64,000 nucleotides of DNA from Chiloscyllium plagiosum (lineage: Eukaryota): positions 12,898,381-12,962,380 of the forward strand of contig NC_057752.1 of NCBI RefSeq assembly GCF_004010195.1, read 5' to 3'. The position numbers and the translations under genes were made by a program. The notes beneath the pieces are model-generated. The model saw only the letters and a program-made list of their open reading frames with translations. It searched no databases and was not told the DNA's origin. Positions 62,003 through 64,000 of this stretch are shown here, piece by piece (position 1 is the first letter of the stretch; each line of letters starts with the position of its first letter).

Positions 62003-62392
62003 GTCCCTGTCCCGCAAGTGTTTGATGGGAGTGGTGTAGATTGAGCTTTACTCTATACCTAACCCCGTGATGTCGCTGTCCTGGGAGTGTTTTACGGGGG
62101 GACAGTGCAGAGACATCATTACTATGTAGCTAATCCCGTGCTGTCCTTGTCCTGGGAGTGTTTGATGGGGAACAGTGTAGAGGGAGCTTTACTCTGTATC
62201 TAACCCCAAGCTGTCCCTGTCCTGAGAGTGTTTGATGGGGACAGTGTAGAGAGACCATTGCTCTGTAGCTAACTCCGTGCTGTCCCTGTCCTGGGAGTGT
62301 TTGATGGGGGACAGTGTAGAGGGAGCTTTACTCTGAATCTAACCCCGTGCTGTCGCTGTCCTGGGAGTGTTTGATGGGGGACAATGTAGAGG
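62003..62392 (+). repeat. ~70-bp minisatellite, about 5.5 copies with alternating variants
   Basis: Unit gtcctgggagtgtttgatggggacagtgtagagggagctttactctgtatctaaccccgtgctgtccct. Confidence 0.93.
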
Positions 62393-63259
62393 AAGATATT
62401 CACTGTGGAGTGTGTGGTGCAGTGCTTGCTGAACTGTGCAGAATGGTTTATTAAATTGGATGCTGTAGGGTGCAGGATCTGGCAAGTCGTCAGATTTACA
62501 AGGATTTTGTCCTTAAAAAGGGGAGGAATTGAGAAACACAAGAGCCTGCAATTCATCAACCTGATAGCTCTGTGCCTTTGCTGAGAAATGACCAGCACAG
62601 TTCAGCCTACTGAACAACTTGCCACACAGTTTCCAAACCAGGAGGCACTCGAGAATTTCAGCTTGACTCAAAATATTTCCAACAGTTGGAATGGAGAATA
62701 TTCTGCAGCCGGGAGAACTTGCTTTTTGCATATCCTGTCATAAATTCATTGTGTCCTGTTTAAAACAACAGGCAAGCTGTTATTCCTATTAGCTGTGAAT
62801 TACAAAAGGAGAAGGAAAGACTGGGATTCCAGCCAATCTTTTCTGTTTTCAGCTTGATTTAAAAAAAATAGAGTGACTCTTTTCTATTATAGTCATGAGC
62901 AGGTTATTTATAGAAAGCCCATCGCATTGACCTATCTCAAAGGTGCTTTCCTCTGTGAATTGGTTTCATGTGGCCTGACATGTTGTGCACAGCAAGAGCC
63001 CATATCGCAGCACTTTGACCTTCCAAAGATATTGGTTGAGCAAGGAGTATGGACCAGGATCCCAGGAGGACTTGTGTCCTTTAGGAGCTCTATGGAATCA
63101 CTTTCATGTACCTGAGCCACTGCAATCGGCTTGATGAATGCCGTGTTCCAGATTTCATCAGGGATCAGCACCTCTGCCACTGCAGAGTTCTCTCAACACT
63201 GCCGTGAGGATCTGTCAAGTGGAAAGGATTTTTGTAAACCCACAACCTCCCAATTACAG

Positions 63260-63420
63260 GCACACATGCATACATACATATACATTCAGAGATACACATA
63301 TTCACTCACACATACACACAGACACACACACACATATATGAAGACACACACTCGTAAACACAGATACAGGTACACTCTCACACAGACACATGCATTCATA
63401 CAGACACACAAACACATACA
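63260..63420 (+). repeat. Degenerate (CA)n microsatellite
   Basis: Interrupted cacaca/cataca runs. Confidence 0.9.
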
Positions 63421-63599
63421 CCTTCTTCTATATTGTCCTATCACATGCTTATTAAAAGTACCATGTACAAAAGTAAAGTCATTACATATGTAGGTTTGCA
63501 TAGACTATCCAGCACAGGAACAGGCCATTTAGCCCACAGTGTTTATCCTACCCTTGAGCCTCCTCCCATCTTGCCTCATCTTAAGAATGCATAAGGGTC

Positions 63600-64000
63600 A
63601 CTTGCCTTTATCAAATATGGTATAGATTATAAGAGCAGGGAGGTGATGTCGGACATGTACAGATCTTTGGTGAGGCCAGAGCTCGAGTTCTGTGTGCAAT
63701 CCTGGTCCCCACACTATAGGAAGGATGTGATTATACTGGACAGGGTGCAGAGGTGATTCACCGGGATATTGCCTGGGATAGAGCAGTTTAGTGATGAAGA
63801 GAGGCTGGATAAACTTGGGCTGTTTTCTGTAACCATGATGTGGAGGTGTCAATGTTGGATTGGGGTGGACAAAGTCAGAAGTGACATTACATCAGATTAT
63901 AGTCCAACAGGCTTATTTGAAATCACAAGCTTTTGGAATGCTGCTCAAATAAACTATAACCTAGTGTTGTGTGATTTCTGACTTTGTTTTCCATAGAGCA
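63600..64000 (+). mobile_element. CR1 fragment with nested inverted PLE relic (about 63830-63985)
   Basis: PGIEQFSDEERLDKLGLFS, then gatgtggaggtgtcaatgttggattgggg..acaaagtcagaa / ttctgactttgt arms as at 43997-44355. Confidence 0.78.

Noticed and set aside
59021..62392. 33-bp and 70-bp arrays as CRISPR-like loci
   Set aside because: Head-to-tail units with no unique spacers, no cas genes, and a vertebrate context.
62873..63493. ORFs near the window end
   Set aside because: No homology recognised; the His/Thr-rich part is a translated (CA)n microsatellite.

Overview
Eukaryotic, repeat-dominated DNA, most likely from an elasmobranch (shark); this is inferred from HE1-type V-SINEs, HER1/CR1 LINEs and Deu-domain SINEs. 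Most of the window is a nested mosaic of decayed retroelements: many CR1/HER1 LINE fragments, a second CR1/L2-group LINE, L2 and RTE fragments, four SINE families, and Penelope-like elements (PLEs) with RT and GIY-YIG relics. There is a 708-nt assembly gap at 15530-16237. No intact protein-coding gene is recognisable; nearly all listed ORFs are retroelement pseudo-ORFs or chance frames. The best host-gene candidate is a short Cys-rich first coding exon at 31479-31569 (+). The most striking pattern is a set of about ten short, non-coding PLE-derived insertions of 135-360 bp. They carry minimal hammerhead-ribozyme motifs and 12-17 bp target-site duplications (TSDs), and most have an inverted architecture whose junctions cluster at the ribozyme, with one arm about 33-44 nt longer than the other. 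Repeat boundaries are approximate (read by eye); TSD and motif coordinates were counted directly.
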